Assembly (NCBI GenBank): GCA_016937945.1
Contig: JAFGVP010000102.1
Coordinates: 20,227 to 84,226, forward strand
Direction of reading: 5' to 3'
DNA length: 64,000 nucleotides
Source of the DNA: Pontiellaceae bacterium
GTDB taxonomy: Bacteria; Verrucomicrobiota; Kiritimatiellia; Kiritimatiellales; Pontiellaceae
Part shown: positions 8,971-18,438 of the stretch, piece after piece
Position numbering within the stretch: the first letter of the stretch is position 1
How the letters are laid out: every line of letters begins with the position of its first letter
The notes under the pieces: generated by a model
Database searches by the model: none
What the model saw: the letters and a program-made list of their open reading frames with translations, nothing else
What the model was told of the DNA's origin: nothing
Position numbers and translations under genes: made by a program

Positions 8971-9339
8971 ATGAAAAGCATAATTAAGATAGGATTGGCG
9001 GTTATTGCTATGAGTCTGCTTGGAAATCTTCTATTTCGCGGCGGCGCCGACAAAGGCACTGACATTCCTGCCCTCATTAAAGACGGAGCATTGGTCATTG
9101 ATACCCGGACAGCCGGGGAATATGCCGGAGGACACATTGAAGGGGCGGTCAATATTCCCTACGACATTATCCGAAATGTCATCTGCAAGCATGCCAAGGA
9201 TAAATCCAAATCGATCATTGTCTACTGCCAAAGCGGAAGCCGCTCGGGCATGGCTAAAAGAGCCCTTGAGCAGGCCGGCTACACCAATGTGGTGAACGGC
9301 GGCGGGTTGCATCATATGCAGCATGCTCTGCAACCCTAA
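8971..9339 (+). CDS. rhodanese-domain sulfurtransferase (secreted/periplasmic)
   Basis: 122 aa with an N-terminal signal peptide and an active-site loop 'CQSGSRSG' in a rhodanese fold ('VIDTRTAGEYAGGHIEGAVNIP'). Confidence 0.8.
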   Translation: MKSIIKIGLAVIAMSLLGNLLFRGGADKGTDIPALIKDGALVIDTRTAGEYAGGHIEGAVNIPYDIIRNVICKHAKDKSKSIIVYCQSGSRSGMAKRALEQAGYTNVVNGGGLHHMQHALQP

Positions 9340-9347
9340 GCGTTGAA

Positions 9348-10043
9348 TCAGATCCCGCCCCACCACAGAGAATCATCAGAATAAGGTGCCTCGATAACAA
9401 ACGGCTTCTTGAGCGTGGGATGAACGATTTCCAGTCGGCGGTGATGCAGTGCGATTTCCCCCGTTTGGACGTTCTGACTGGCCCCGTATTTTTCGTCACC
9501 GGCAATCGGACATCCGATCGCAGAAAGCTGGGCACGAATCTGATGATAGCGACCGGTTTCCAGATCGACCTCCATCAGAGACAACGGCCCGACTGGTTTG
9601 ATGACCCGATAACTCAAAACGGCGCGCTGAGCTCCTTTATCACCTTCCCTGCACAAATTTGCCCGATGATGTTCATGGGACAGCCAATGGATCAATTTGC
9701 CTGCTGACCGCTCCGGCGATTGCTCGACCAACGCATGATAGATTTTCCGACAGTTACGATTACGCACATCCTCGTTCAGCCGCGTAAGCGCCTTGCTGGT
9801 GCGGGCAAAAAGAACAACTCCGCTGACTCCGCGATCAATACGATGCACGGCATTAAGAAAAACAGCACCCGGCTTTCCCTTGTCCACCCGGACCCACTCC
9901 CTTGCCCAGTCTTCCAGATTCCGAAGCCCCGTGCCGCTGTCCTGCGACAACAGCCCCGCCGGTTTATTCACCGCCAGCAGATGATTATCCGCAAATAACA
10001 CCAACGGGTTAAGGCCTTCAGCTTTGTAGGTCAAATCACTCAT
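9348..10043 (-). CDS. RluA-family pseudouridine synthase
   Basis: 'HRIDRGVSGVVLFARTSKA' catalytic-Asp motif and 'RYHQIRAQL' motif typical of RluA/RluC/RluD. Confidence 0.85.
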   Translation of the reverse strand: MSDLTYKAEGLNPLVLFADNHLLAVNKPAGLLSQDSGTGLRNLEDWAREWVRVDKGKPGAVFLNAVHRIDRGVSGVVLFARTSKALTRLNEDVRNRNCRKIYHALVEQSPERSAGKLIHWLSHEHHRANLCREGDKGAQRAVLSYRVIKPVGPLSLMEVDLETGRYHQIRAQLSAIGCPIAGDEKYGASQNVQTGEIALHHRRLEIVHPTLKKPFVIEAPYSDDSLWWGGI

Positions 10044-10124
10044 TATTAAAAAAAGAAATCACCAAGGCTCTGAGGCTCAATACAACAAGAATCTTTGTAC
10101 TTCCACGACCTCTGGGACTAAATC

Positions 10125-10970
10125 CTATTCGCTGATCCAGCGGGCCCAGTTTCCGTTCGGAAGCTCCATTGCTCCCGCATCACCGGTCAGTAGCATTTCC
10201 CCGCATTCAAACCGACCGGTATCATGATACTGCTCCAGCAGGTTGCGCAGAACGATCGGAGAGAATCCCGGCGTGTGTGATGTCAGCAACACAAAGGCGG
10301 GATCATCGGACAAAACCTGATGCACCAGATCAAGCGTCTCCATAAGACTCTCTTCGATCTTGTACAATTCCCCTTTTTTACCGCGTCCGAAGGATGGAGG
10401 ATCAAGCAGGATTCCGTCATAGCGGTTATCGCGCCGGACCTCGCGCCGCAGGAACTTAATAACATCATCGACGATCCAGCGGATTGGTGCATCCTGCAGC
10501 TCATTGAGCGCCGCATTTTCACGCGCCCAGTCCACCATGCCGCGCGAGGCGTCAAGGTGGCAGCATGCGGCACCGGACTGGGCGGCCGCCAGCGTCGCGC
10601 CCCCCGAGTAAGCAAACAGATTCAGGAATTTCAGTTCCCGTTTTTTCTTATCGCCCTGCCGCGTCAAGGAGCTTCGTATCCATTGCCAGAGAGCGCGTGT
10701 TTCGGGGAACACGCCGAGATGTCCAAAATCGGTGGCAGAGAGCTTCATCACTACGCCGGCAACCTCGACATTCCAGGTATCCGGAAGCGTGCCGCGCCCC
10801 TGCCAGTTCAATCCCTGATTCCGATCAAACCGGGCATCGGCTGTATTCCAGAGTTCAGGAAACTTCGGTTTCCAGACCGCCTGCGCACAGGGACGATCGA
10901 GAATTATGTCGCCGAAACGCTCCAGTTTTTTTCCGTTTCCGCTGTCCAGCAGATTGTATTGATCGGACAT
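10125..10970 (-). CDS. class I SAM-dependent RNA methyltransferase (RlmI/RlmK-like)
   Basis: 281 aa with '[14 protein letters not shown]' (SAM motif I-like) and a '[12 protein letters not shown]' motif typical of RlmI/YccW-type rRNA methyltransferases. Confidence 0.65.
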   Translation of the reverse strand: MSDQYNLLDSGNGKKLERFGDIILDRPCAQAVWKPKFPELWNTADARFDRNQGLNWQGRGTLPDTWNVEVAGVVMKLSATDFGHLGVFPETRALWQWIRSSLTRQGDKKKRELKFLNLFAYSGGATLAAAQSGAACCHLDASRGMVDWARENAALNELQDAPIRWIVDDVIKFLRREVRRDNRYDGILLDPPSFGRGKKGELYKIEESLMETLDLVHQVLSDDPAFVLLTSHTPGFSPIVLRNLLEQYHDTGRFECGEMLLTGDAGAMELPNGNWARWISE

Positions 10971-10984
10971 GATGAACTTTCAGT

Positions 10985-12118
10985 TTAAATTTTACGGGCG
11001 CGATCCTTGAACAGGCTGCCGAAAGAGTGCGAACGGCCGCCCATTCCGGAATGCGCAATGTTTACAAGAACCCCGATCATCGCGCCGGAAACCAGCAGGC
11101 TGGATCCGCCGTAGCTGATGAACGGCAACGCGAGCCCTTTGGTCGGCACGCAGCCGGTGACAACGGCAAAGTTGATCAGGGCCTGAATGGTAATCATCAG
11201 CGTGATTCCGAATGCAACGAACCGCCCGAAATCATCTTTAGCCTTGAAGGCTATTGCGAGCCCTAGAATGAAGAGTGTCAGGTAAAGCATGATCACAATC
11301 AGGCCCGCCATCAAACCGAGCTCTTCGCCGAGAATCGGAAAGATAAAGTCGGTATGAGCCTCCGGCAGATAGTGATATTTCTGCATGCTGTTTCCATAGC
11401 CCTGCCCGCGAAACCACCCATTCTGTCCTCCGCTGGCAAAAGCACGCAAGGCATTCACTAACTGCCATGCCTCATCCTGCTCATATTTCTGCGGATCGAG
11501 AAAGGCCATGATGCGTCCCATGCGCTCATGGTTCATGGCGATCATCCAGGCAACGCCCGTCAGCCCGCTTACACCAATCACCAGCAAAGGCGCAATTCCG
11601 GAACCCCCAAGAAACATCATACAGACGGCCACGCACGAAACCAGCAGCGTCGTCCCGAAGTCCGGTTCAATAATGATCAGCACCACAAAGCAGCCAAGCA
11701 TTCCGAACGGAATCAGGATTCCTCTGACAAATTCATTGATGCGTCGCTGGTTTCTGGAGAGCCACCATGCAAACAGCAGGATCACAGAAATCTTTGCCAG
11801 CTCCGACGGCTGAAAGGTAAATCCGGCCACACTGATCCATCGATGACTTCCGTTAATCTCGGGACAGAAGGCCCGCACAATCAGCAGCAGAATCAGTGTC
11901 ACAGCGGCCAATGGAATGGCAAGTCGCTGATAGATTCTGTAATCCAGCCGCGCAGCAATAACGGCGGCACAAAAAGAGAGCGCCAGCCATATCAGCTGGC
12001 GCATGGAATAGTACGAGGCATTCTCATACTTCGTGGAGCTGGCGCTGGCGAGAATCAGAATCCCCAGCGTAACAAGGATCAATACGACAGCAATAAACAG
12101 CGATATGGCTCTACGCAT
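10985..12118 (-). CDS. ftsW: FtsW (SEDS-family peptidoglycan polymerase / lipid II flippase)
   Basis: 377-aa polytopic membrane protein with SEDS hallmarks ('PSELAKI', 'EPDFGT', 'HTDFIF', 'GLALPFISYGGSS'). Sits in dcw context. Confidence 0.9.
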   Translation of the reverse strand: MRRAISLFIAVVLILVTLGILILASASSTKYENASYYSMRQLIWLALSFCAAVIAARLDYRIYQRLAIPLAAVTLILLLIVRAFCPEINGSHRWISVAGFTFQPSELAKISVILLFAWWLSRNQRRINEFVRGILIPFGMLGCFVVLIIIEPDFGTTLLVSCVAVCMMFLGGSGIAPLLVIGVSGLTGVAWMIAMNHERMGRIMAFLDPQKYEQDEAWQLVNALRAFASGGQNGWFRGQGYGNSMQKYHYLPEAHTDFIFPILGEELGLMAGLIVIMLYLTLFILGLAIAFKAKDDFGRFVAFGITLMITIQALINFAVVTGCVPTKGLALPFISYGGSSLLVSGAMIGVLVNIAHSGMGGRSHSFGSLFKDRARKI

Positions 12119-12136
12119 TGATCCCCTGCTGCTCCC

Positions 12137-13153
12137 TTATTCAGAAATCGGAATACGGATGCGGGTACCGCTCTGAACCTGACTTTCGTCCGTGATACCG
12201 TTGAGCTTCATGATCTCTTCCTTGCTCACCATGTAGACGCGGGCTACATCGTCAAGGGTTTCTCCCGGATAGAGGACATACTCGTCGAACACATCAACCG
12301 AAGGAGCTGTAGTAACAGTACCTTCGACCGGCTCTTCGACAACAGTTTCAGCCGGAGTCGTATCTGCCACGACCGGCGGAAGGTCAAACGGTACGTCATC
12401 AGATGCTTTCTTCGTCGTGGACGTCTTGGTTGTAGTGGTCGAGGTGGCAACGCTCTTCTTTGCAGTCGCCGAGCTCTTCTTCACACTGGAAGGAACTTTC
12501 CCGCCCGCCGGAATTGCAATTTCCTGACCGGCCCAGATTTTGTCGCCTTTGATTCCATTGACTCTGCGCAGCTCATCAATGCTGACGCCGGCGGCCACCG
12601 CAATCTCGGAAAGCGTATCCCCCTTCTTGATCGTGTACATTCCGGCCTTCTGCCCGGACGGAGCGACAGACGTAGTCGCTCCCGACTTAGCGGCTGAAGA
12701 CGCGTTACCATGGCCGGCAGGCACCTGAAGTTCCTGACCGACATAGAGTGTATCCGGATTCGAAAGATTGTTCATACGAACAAGATCCGCCGTGGTGGTA
12801 TCAAAACTAACGGCCAGTTGGGAAAGCGTGTCGCCCTTCTGAATGATATAGGTTTCCGTCGTGGAAACCGGAGTCAGGTCCGGCGTCAGATCGACCGCCG
12901 TGAAGGTCGTTTCGGTTGTCTCCGGCACATAAAGCGGGCCTTCACCAATCATGCCTTCATTACCAAAATTCACGTAGGGGTTCTGTACACTGGTTGCCAC
13001 GTCATTTTCCTTGCCCTTATGCTGGTGCTTGAAAGGGGCCTTGAGACGCGGCGCAGTTGCGGTTTCAGTTCCGGTGGTCAGACAGCCCTGAGTCAGGGAA
13101 AACGCACACAGCACGGCAGCATGAGCACCAACGACACTAAATTTAATCTTCAT
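12137..13153 (-). CDS. LysM-repeat lipoprotein (three LysM domains)
   Basis: Lipoprotein signal 'AVLCAFSLTQGC'. Three LysM motifs ('YIIQKGDTLSQLAVSF', 'YTIKKGDTLSEIAVAAGVS', 'YVLYPGETLDDVARVY'). Inserted between murD and ftsW. Confidence 0.85.
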   Translation of the reverse strand: MKIKFSVVGAHAAVLCAFSLTQGCLTTGTETATAPRLKAPFKHQHKGKENDVATSVQNPYVNFGNEGMIGEGPLYVPETTETTFTAVDLTPDLTPVSTTETYIIQKGDTLSQLAVSFDTTTADLVRMNNLSNPDTLYVGQELQVPAGHGNASSAAKSGATTSVAPSGQKAGMYTIKKGDTLSEIAVAAGVSIDELRRVNGIKGDKIWAGQEIAIPAGGKVPSSVKKSSATAKKSVATSTTTTKTSTTKKASDDVPFDLPPVVADTTPAETVVEEPVEGTVTTAPSVDVFDEYVLYPGETLDDVARVYMVSKEEIMKLNGITDESQVQSGTRIRIPISE

Positions 13154-13202
13154 AATAAACTCCTACATATAGATCGCGCTCACCCGAACGGCGATTCCGG
13201 TT

Positions 13203-14507
13203 TTACAAAGCATCCTTGTCGACCTTAAGAGCACGATTAAAAAGCGCCTCGAAACAGGCACCCCGCTCCTCGAAACTGCAGAACTGGTCAAAGCTTGCAC
13301 AGCCCGGGGAAAGCAGTATGGTTTCGCCTTCAGCGGCCGCACGTTCTGCCGTGTCGAAAGCCTGTTCCAGCGTATCGCATTCCACGCAGGAACAAACCAT
13401 GTTCCACGCCTGATACATTGCCTCCGATGCTTTCCCGATAAGGTATATCCTCGTCACCTGTTCCGCCAGTATTTCTTTTACAAAAGTGTAGTCAGTTTCC
13501 TTCGCCAGTCCCCCTGCAATCAGGTGAACGCCACCACTGCAGGCCTGAATACCCGCCGCCATCGCCGCGAGGTTGGTGGCCTTTGAATCGTTGATGTAGG
13601 TCACGCCGCCGATTTCACCCAGTCGTTGAAAGCGATGAGGCAGCGGCTCCAGTTGAAGCGCCGCCCGCCGGAAGGACACGGCATCCAGCGACAACGACAC
13701 AACCAGCCCGGCGACTGCCGCGCCGGTGCAGTCTCCCAGCACCGGCGTATCAAAAAGGCACCCCGAAAGATCAAGCACTGGGGCCTGTCCGGCCAGCACC
13801 CTGCCCGACTGATAACGGAAGTCGGAAGCATGGCCGGGGCCGAAGCTTACCCAGCGACGCTCCGGGCCGACAGCATCCCGAAACAACTCCAACCACGCAT
13901 CGGGCACGAGACAGATATCGTCGGGTCCTGCGCATTCGAACAATCGGGCCTTTGTCTTCCAGTAACCCTCCATGCTGCCGTGCCGATCCAGATGGTTGGG
14001 CAGAATATTTAGCACAATGGCCGCATCCGCGCGAAAAGACTGCACCGTTTCCAACTGAAAGGAGCTGACTTCCAGCACCAGCCAGTCCAGATCCGGCGAT
14101 TCCATCACGACTTCGCAGGCGGGAATCCCGTAATTACCGCCGATGGCGGAGCGCAGCCCCATATCACACAACGCCTCATGAATCCATTTCACCGCCGTGC
14201 TCTTGCCATTCGACCCCGTTACGGCAATGGTCCGGCCGCGATGTCGTGACCATCCCAGTTCAAACTCTGAGAGCAACGGAATGCCTTGCTCACGAACAGC
14301 ACAGAGCCAGGGATGATCCAGCGCAAAACCGGGACTGACAAGGCAAACATCAAATGCGTCATCCCTAAGAGCACAGGCCAAACCATCATCCCCGCCGGAC
14401 TCCCGGCTGACAACGAGGGTGCGCGCGCCTTCGGACTGCATCAGGCGTTCGGCGGCACGACCGCTCCGGCCGGCCCCGAGAATCAATGCATTGGAATAGG
14501 TCTGCAT
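13203..14507 (-). CDS. murD: UDP-N-acetylmuramoylalanine--D-glutamate ligase
   Basis: 'ILGAGRSGRAA' N-terminal Rossmann motif and 'VTGSNGKST' Mur ligase P-loop. Start overlaps the mraY stop (ATGA). Confidence 0.9.
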   Translation of the reverse strand: MQTYSNALILGAGRSGRAAERLMQSEGARTLVVSRESGGDDGLACALRDDAFDVCLVSPGFALDHPWLCAVREQGIPLLSEFELGWSRHRGRTIAVTGSNGKSTAVKWIHEALCDMGLRSAIGGNYGIPACEVVMESPDLDWLVLEVSSFQLETVQSFRADAAIVLNILPNHLDRHGSMEGYWKTKARLFECAGPDDICLVPDAWLELFRDAVGPERRWVSFGPGHASDFRYQSGRVLAGQAPVLDLSGCLFDTPVLGDCTGAAVAGLVVSLSLDAVSFRRAALQLEPLPHRFQRLGEIGGVTYINDSKATNLAAMAAGIQACSGGVHLIAGGLAKETDYTFVKEILAEQVTRIYLIGKASEAMYQAWNMVCSCVECDTLEQAFDTAERAAAEGETILLSPGCASFDQFCSFEERGACFEALFNRALKVDKDAL

Positions 14508-15649
14508 CAGCGGATCTTCAGAGTTGCCACACCGATCAGCGCAAAAATAATGGAAAGAATCCAGAACCGGGTAACAATCACGGTTTCAACCAGTTCCGGT
14601 GGGCGGTTTTCATCCATGGCGCGCTCCTTTTCGACAAACTCAAAATGGTGATGCAACGGAGCACACTTAAAGATGCGCCGGCCCTCCCCATACCGTTTCC
14701 GGGTATACTTAAAGAATGAACTCTGAATCATGACGCTGGCGGCCTCGATCACAAAAACGCCGCCCACGATAACCAGCAACAGTTCCTGCTTGATCAGGAT
14801 CGCAATCATGGCAATGGCGCCGCCCAGCGCTAGGCTGCCGGTATCGCCCATGAAAATTTTTGCCGGATGACAGTTAAACCAGAGGAAGCCCATTCCGGCA
14901 CCGAGCAGTGCGCCACAAAATACCGTCAGTTCACCGCTGCCGGGAACGTAAGGTACAAACAGATGCTCTTCCGCAAAAATTCGATGGCCGGCCACATAGG
15001 TCAGCACCAGATAGGCCCCGGCAACGGAATTTGAACAGCCGATGGCAAGGCCATCCAGTCCATCCGTGAGATTGACGGCGTTTGACGCGCCGACCAAAAC
15101 GAAGAACAGAAAGAGAAATCCGCCAATCAACCCCATGTTCAAGACAGGATACTTTACGAACGGCACCATCAACTCCTGCACATTCTGCCGTAGCACATCA
15201 TCCTGCCACAGGAACGAAAAGATAATGGCCGCCCAGACCACCTGCGCAAGAAACTTGGCCTTCACACTCAATCCGTTCCTGCGCTTGATCTTGAGATAAT
15301 CATCCGCAAACCCGATCAATCCCATGATGCAGAAGGTCAGCAACGTCAGCACGACCTGCAGATTCATCAGTTCAGACCACAGCATCGTGGAAATCGATGC
15401 GGAGATAATAATCAGAAACCCGCCCATCGTCGGCGTCCCGACCTTCCCGCTTTTATTCAATGCACCGACGCGTTCATCCACCTTCTGCTCATCAATGTTA
15501 AACTGGCGCAGCCGGCGAATCAGGCCGGGAGCGTAGAGCAGCGAAAATATAAAAGCCGTGGCAGCCGCACATAGCGTGCGGAAGGTGATATAGCTGAAAA
15601 TGTTCAGCGGCGTAAAGTAGCGATCAAGCTCGTGCAGATAATACAGCAT
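14507..15649 (-). CDS. mraY: phospho-N-acetylmuramoyl-pentapeptide transferase
   Basis: 380-aa polytopic protein with MraY motifs ('GTPTMGG', 'NAVNLTDGLDGLA', 'MGDTGSLALGG'). Confidence 0.9.
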   Translation of the reverse strand: MLYYLHELDRYFTPLNIFSYITFRTLCAAATAFIFSLLYAPGLIRRLRQFNIDEQKVDERVGALNKSGKVGTPTMGGFLIIISASISTMLWSELMNLQVVLTLLTFCIMGLIGFADDYLKIKRRNGLSVKAKFLAQVVWAAIIFSFLWQDDVLRQNVQELMVPFVKYPVLNMGLIGGFLFLFFVLVGASNAVNLTDGLDGLAIGCSNSVAGAYLVLTYVAGHRIFAEEHLFVPYVPGSGELTVFCGALLGAGMGFLWFNCHPAKIFMGDTGSLALGGAIAMIAILIKQELLLVIVGGVFVIEAASVMIQSSFFKYTRKRYGEGRRIFKCAPLHHHFEFVEKERAMDENRPPELVETVIVTRFWILSIIFALIGVATLKIR

Positions 15650-15652
15650 GCG

Positions 15653-16981
15653 TCAGTTCTCCCTGAAAAATGTCAAAACCTGTTCCAGCCGCTCACCGCG
15701 CGATGCCTTGAGCAGCACACGATCGCCGGCGGAAAGGTGATCTTTTAAAATCTGCGCAGCCTCAGCTGCGTCATTACAATGAAATGTTTGTTCACAGCCG
15801 CCGGAAACAATCAGCCGCCCGAGCTGTCCGACCGTAATCAGTCCATCAAACTGCAGCTCATCAATGAGGCGTCCCAGCGCGGCATGTTCCTCTTCGGACG
15901 TATCACCCAGTTCGCGCATGCCGCCGACCACCGCCCACCTCTTCCCGGGAACCTGAAGGGTGGCATAGGTTTGCAGTGCGGCCTTCATCGAAAGCGGGTT
16001 TGCATTGTAGGCATCGTTAATAAATCCGACGCCGTTAATCTCCGATTCCTGCCAACGCATGGCCGCCGGCCGGAAACGGCGAAGCCCTTCGGCAATCTCG
16101 TCCGGAGCCATCCGCAATTCAAGCCCCAGCGCAATCGCCCGCAGGGCGTTGCGCATAATGTGTTCACCAGGCAACGGCATAATGTAATCGAACCCGTTCA
16201 CATTCATCACGCCGGAACCCACGCGCCGGCCCACGTAGTCACCGATTCCTTCAAACGAAATCGAAACCACATTGGCGCAGGTCAGCCGCCGCGTGACGGT
16301 ATACCACTCGCTGTCCCGATCAAGGATCACCATGCCGGATGAGGGAACCCGCTCCGCCAGCTTGGACTTTTCCCGAGCAATATCCTCGAGTGAATCAAAG
16401 TTCATCCGATGGGCGTTGCAGATATCGGTCAGGATGGCGATTTTCGGCTGCAGCAGATATGCAAGCTCACTGATTTCACCGGGATGGTTCATGCCGATTT
16501 CAAACACCCCGTAGCGGGCCGCCTGCGGCATACTCAGCATACTGAGCGGCAATCCAATATGATTGTTGTAATTGCCGGCCGTACGATGTGTCTCTCCGCT
16601 CACGGAAAGAATGGCAGCACACATTTCCTTCACGGTTGTCTTGCCGACACTGCCGGTGATTCCGATCGGAACCCCCAACCATTTTTTCCGATATCCGCGT
16701 GCCAGATCCTGCAGTCCGCGAATCGTGTCCGGCACCCGGAGAATCGGATTCGAGCTCCAACTGAAACCCTCCTCCACCAGCGCGCCGGACGCACCCTTTT
16801 CGAATGCCACGCCCACGAAGTCATGCCCGTCAAAATGTTCACCCCGAATAGCCACATAAAGGTCGCCGCGTTGCAGCTTCCGGGTATCCTGGGTCACGCC
16901 GCACACCCGCCCTTCCGGAATGCCGTTGCTCCACATGCGCGACACCCACTGCGATAACTCTCCTGAACGAAATTCCGGCAT
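15653..16981 (-). CDS. murF: UDP-MurNAc-tripeptide--D-alanyl-D-alanine ligase
   Basis: 'ITGSVGKTTVKEM' P-loop in a Mur ligase fold. Position between murE and mraY. Confidence 0.85.
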   Translation of the reverse strand: MPEFRSGELSQWVSRMWSNGIPEGRVCGVTQDTRKLQRGDLYVAIRGEHFDGHDFVGVAFEKGASGALVEEGFSWSSNPILRVPDTIRGLQDLARGYRKKWLGVPIGITGSVGKTTVKEMCAAILSVSGETHRTAGNYNNHIGLPLSMLSMPQAARYGVFEIGMNHPGEISELAYLLQPKIAILTDICNAHRMNFDSLEDIAREKSKLAERVPSSGMVILDRDSEWYTVTRRLTCANVVSISFEGIGDYVGRRVGSGVMNVNGFDYIMPLPGEHIMRNALRAIALGLELRMAPDEIAEGLRRFRPAAMRWQESEINGVGFINDAYNANPLSMKAALQTYATLQVPGKRWAVVGGMRELGDTSEEEHAALGRLIDELQFDGLITVGQLGRLIVSGGCEQTFHCNDAAEAAQILKDHLSAGDRVLLKASRGERLEQVLTFFREN

Positions 16982-18438
16982 TATCCTACAATCTCCCGTA
17001 CCACTTCCCGATCATCAAACGGCACGATTGAACCCCGGCTTTCCTGATAGGTTTCGTGTCCTTTCCCGGCCACCAGCAGCAGATCCCTGCGGTGCATAAT
17101 TTCGATTCCGCGCCGGATGGCATCCCGTCGATCGAGAATCACTTCATACTTCGCCGGATCGTCGTAACCAACCAAAATATCCGTTGCAATAAGCGCCGGC
17201 TCTTCGCTGCGCGGATTATCCGAAGTAATAATGGAATAGTCGGCCAGCTCCGAGGCCACTGCACCCATTTTTTTCCGCTTGCCCCGATCCCGGTCGCCGC
17301 CGCACCCGAACACCACAATCAGGCGGCCCTTGCAGATTTCCCGCAGGGTACTCAACACGTTTTTCAGGGCATCATCGGTATGGGCATAGTCGACAAAAAT
17401 ACGCAGGCCCCGACGATTGGGAACCAGCTCCAGCCGTCCGGGCACCGTTTTGAGCGAGGACAGGGAATGAACGATTCGATCAAAGGGAACGCCCATCAAT
17501 CCGCCGACCGCCAGCGCCGCCAGCGCATTGTGCACATTAAACCGGCCCAGCAGCTTCAGGTTCACACGCGCTTTTCCCCACGGGGAAACCACCTTGAAAA
17601 CCGTCCCGTGCACCCCCAGCTTCATCTTCAGCGCCCGCACCTGCGCCTGCTCCCCGAATCCATAGGTCACCACCGCCGATTCCGGAGCATGCGCCTCCGT
17701 GAGCCGTTGGCCCCATGGATCGTCGACATTGATCACCGCTGAATGCCCAGCCATGCGTTCCATCCAGTCAAACATGCGCGCCTTGGCTTCAAAGTATTCC
17801 TCCATGCTGTTATGGAAATCCAGATGGTCCTGCGTGAGATTGGTAAACACGCCGATCTTAAAATGAATCCCGAAGACCCGCTCCAGCGCAATGGAATGCG
17901 ACGAAACCTCCATTACCGCACTGCGACAGCCGTGATCCAGCATCTGGCGAAGGAATGAATGCAGTTCCGGCGCCTCCGGCGTCGTCCGCCACGCCGGAAT
18001 GGTACGATTTCCGATCTCATACGCCACGGTACCCAGCAGGCCGGCCTCAATCCCGTTCTCGCGCAGGATATTGCGGATCATGTAGGTCGTGGTGGTTTTC
18101 CCGTTTGTGCCGGTTACGCCGATCACATCCATCTGATCCGTAACATGCCCGAACAGCGCACACGAAAGTTCCGCCAAAGCCCGACGGGCGGATCCGACGC
18201 GTACAAACGCCGAGTCATGCCCGAGATCCAGATGCGCCTCAGAAACAACCGCCACCGCACCTTTCGACAGGGCATCGACTACAAATTCGGCACCGTCCGT
18301 GTGTACTCCGGGAACCGCCACGAACAGGAATCCCGGCTTTACCTGTCGAGAATCCTGGGTAATTCCGGCAATTTCGACACCGGTGTTCCCGTAGACTTCC
18401 AGTGTTGTTATGAATTCAAGCAGTTCCTTCAGTTTCAT
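16981..18438 (-). CDS. murE: UDP-MurNAc-L-Ala-D-Glu--2,6-diaminopimelate ligase
   Basis: 'VTGTNGKTTTTYM' P-loop, 'DNPR' motif and Mur ligase architecture. Translationally coupled to ftsI and murF. Confidence 0.85.
   Translation of the reverse strand: MKLKELLEFITTLEVYGNTGVEIAGITQDSRQVKPGFLFVAVPGVHTDGAEFVVDALSKGAVAVVSEAHLDLGHDSAFVRVGSARRALAELSCALFGHVTDQMDVIGVTGTNGKTTTTYMIRNILRENGIEAGLLGTVAYEIGNRTIPAWRTTPEAPELHSFLRQMLDHGCRSAVMEVSSHSIALERVFGIHFKIGVFTNLTQDHLDFHNSMEEYFEAKARMFDWMERMAGHSAVINVDDPWGQRLTEAHAPESAVVTYGFGEQAQVRALKMKLGVHGTVFKVVSPWGKARVNLKLLGRFNVHNALAALAVGGLMGVPFDRIVHSLSSLKTVPGRLELVPNRRGLRIFVDYAHTDDALKNVLSTLREICKGRLIVVFGCGGDRDRGKRKKMGAVASELADYSIITSDNPRSEEPALIATDILVGYDDPAKYEVILDRRDAIRRGIEIMHRRDLLLVAGKGHETYQESRGSIVPFDDREVVREIVG

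Noticed and set aside
10320-12121. 222-aa and 197-aa + strand ORFs
   Set aside because: Antisense to the RNA methyltransferase and ftsW genes respectively.
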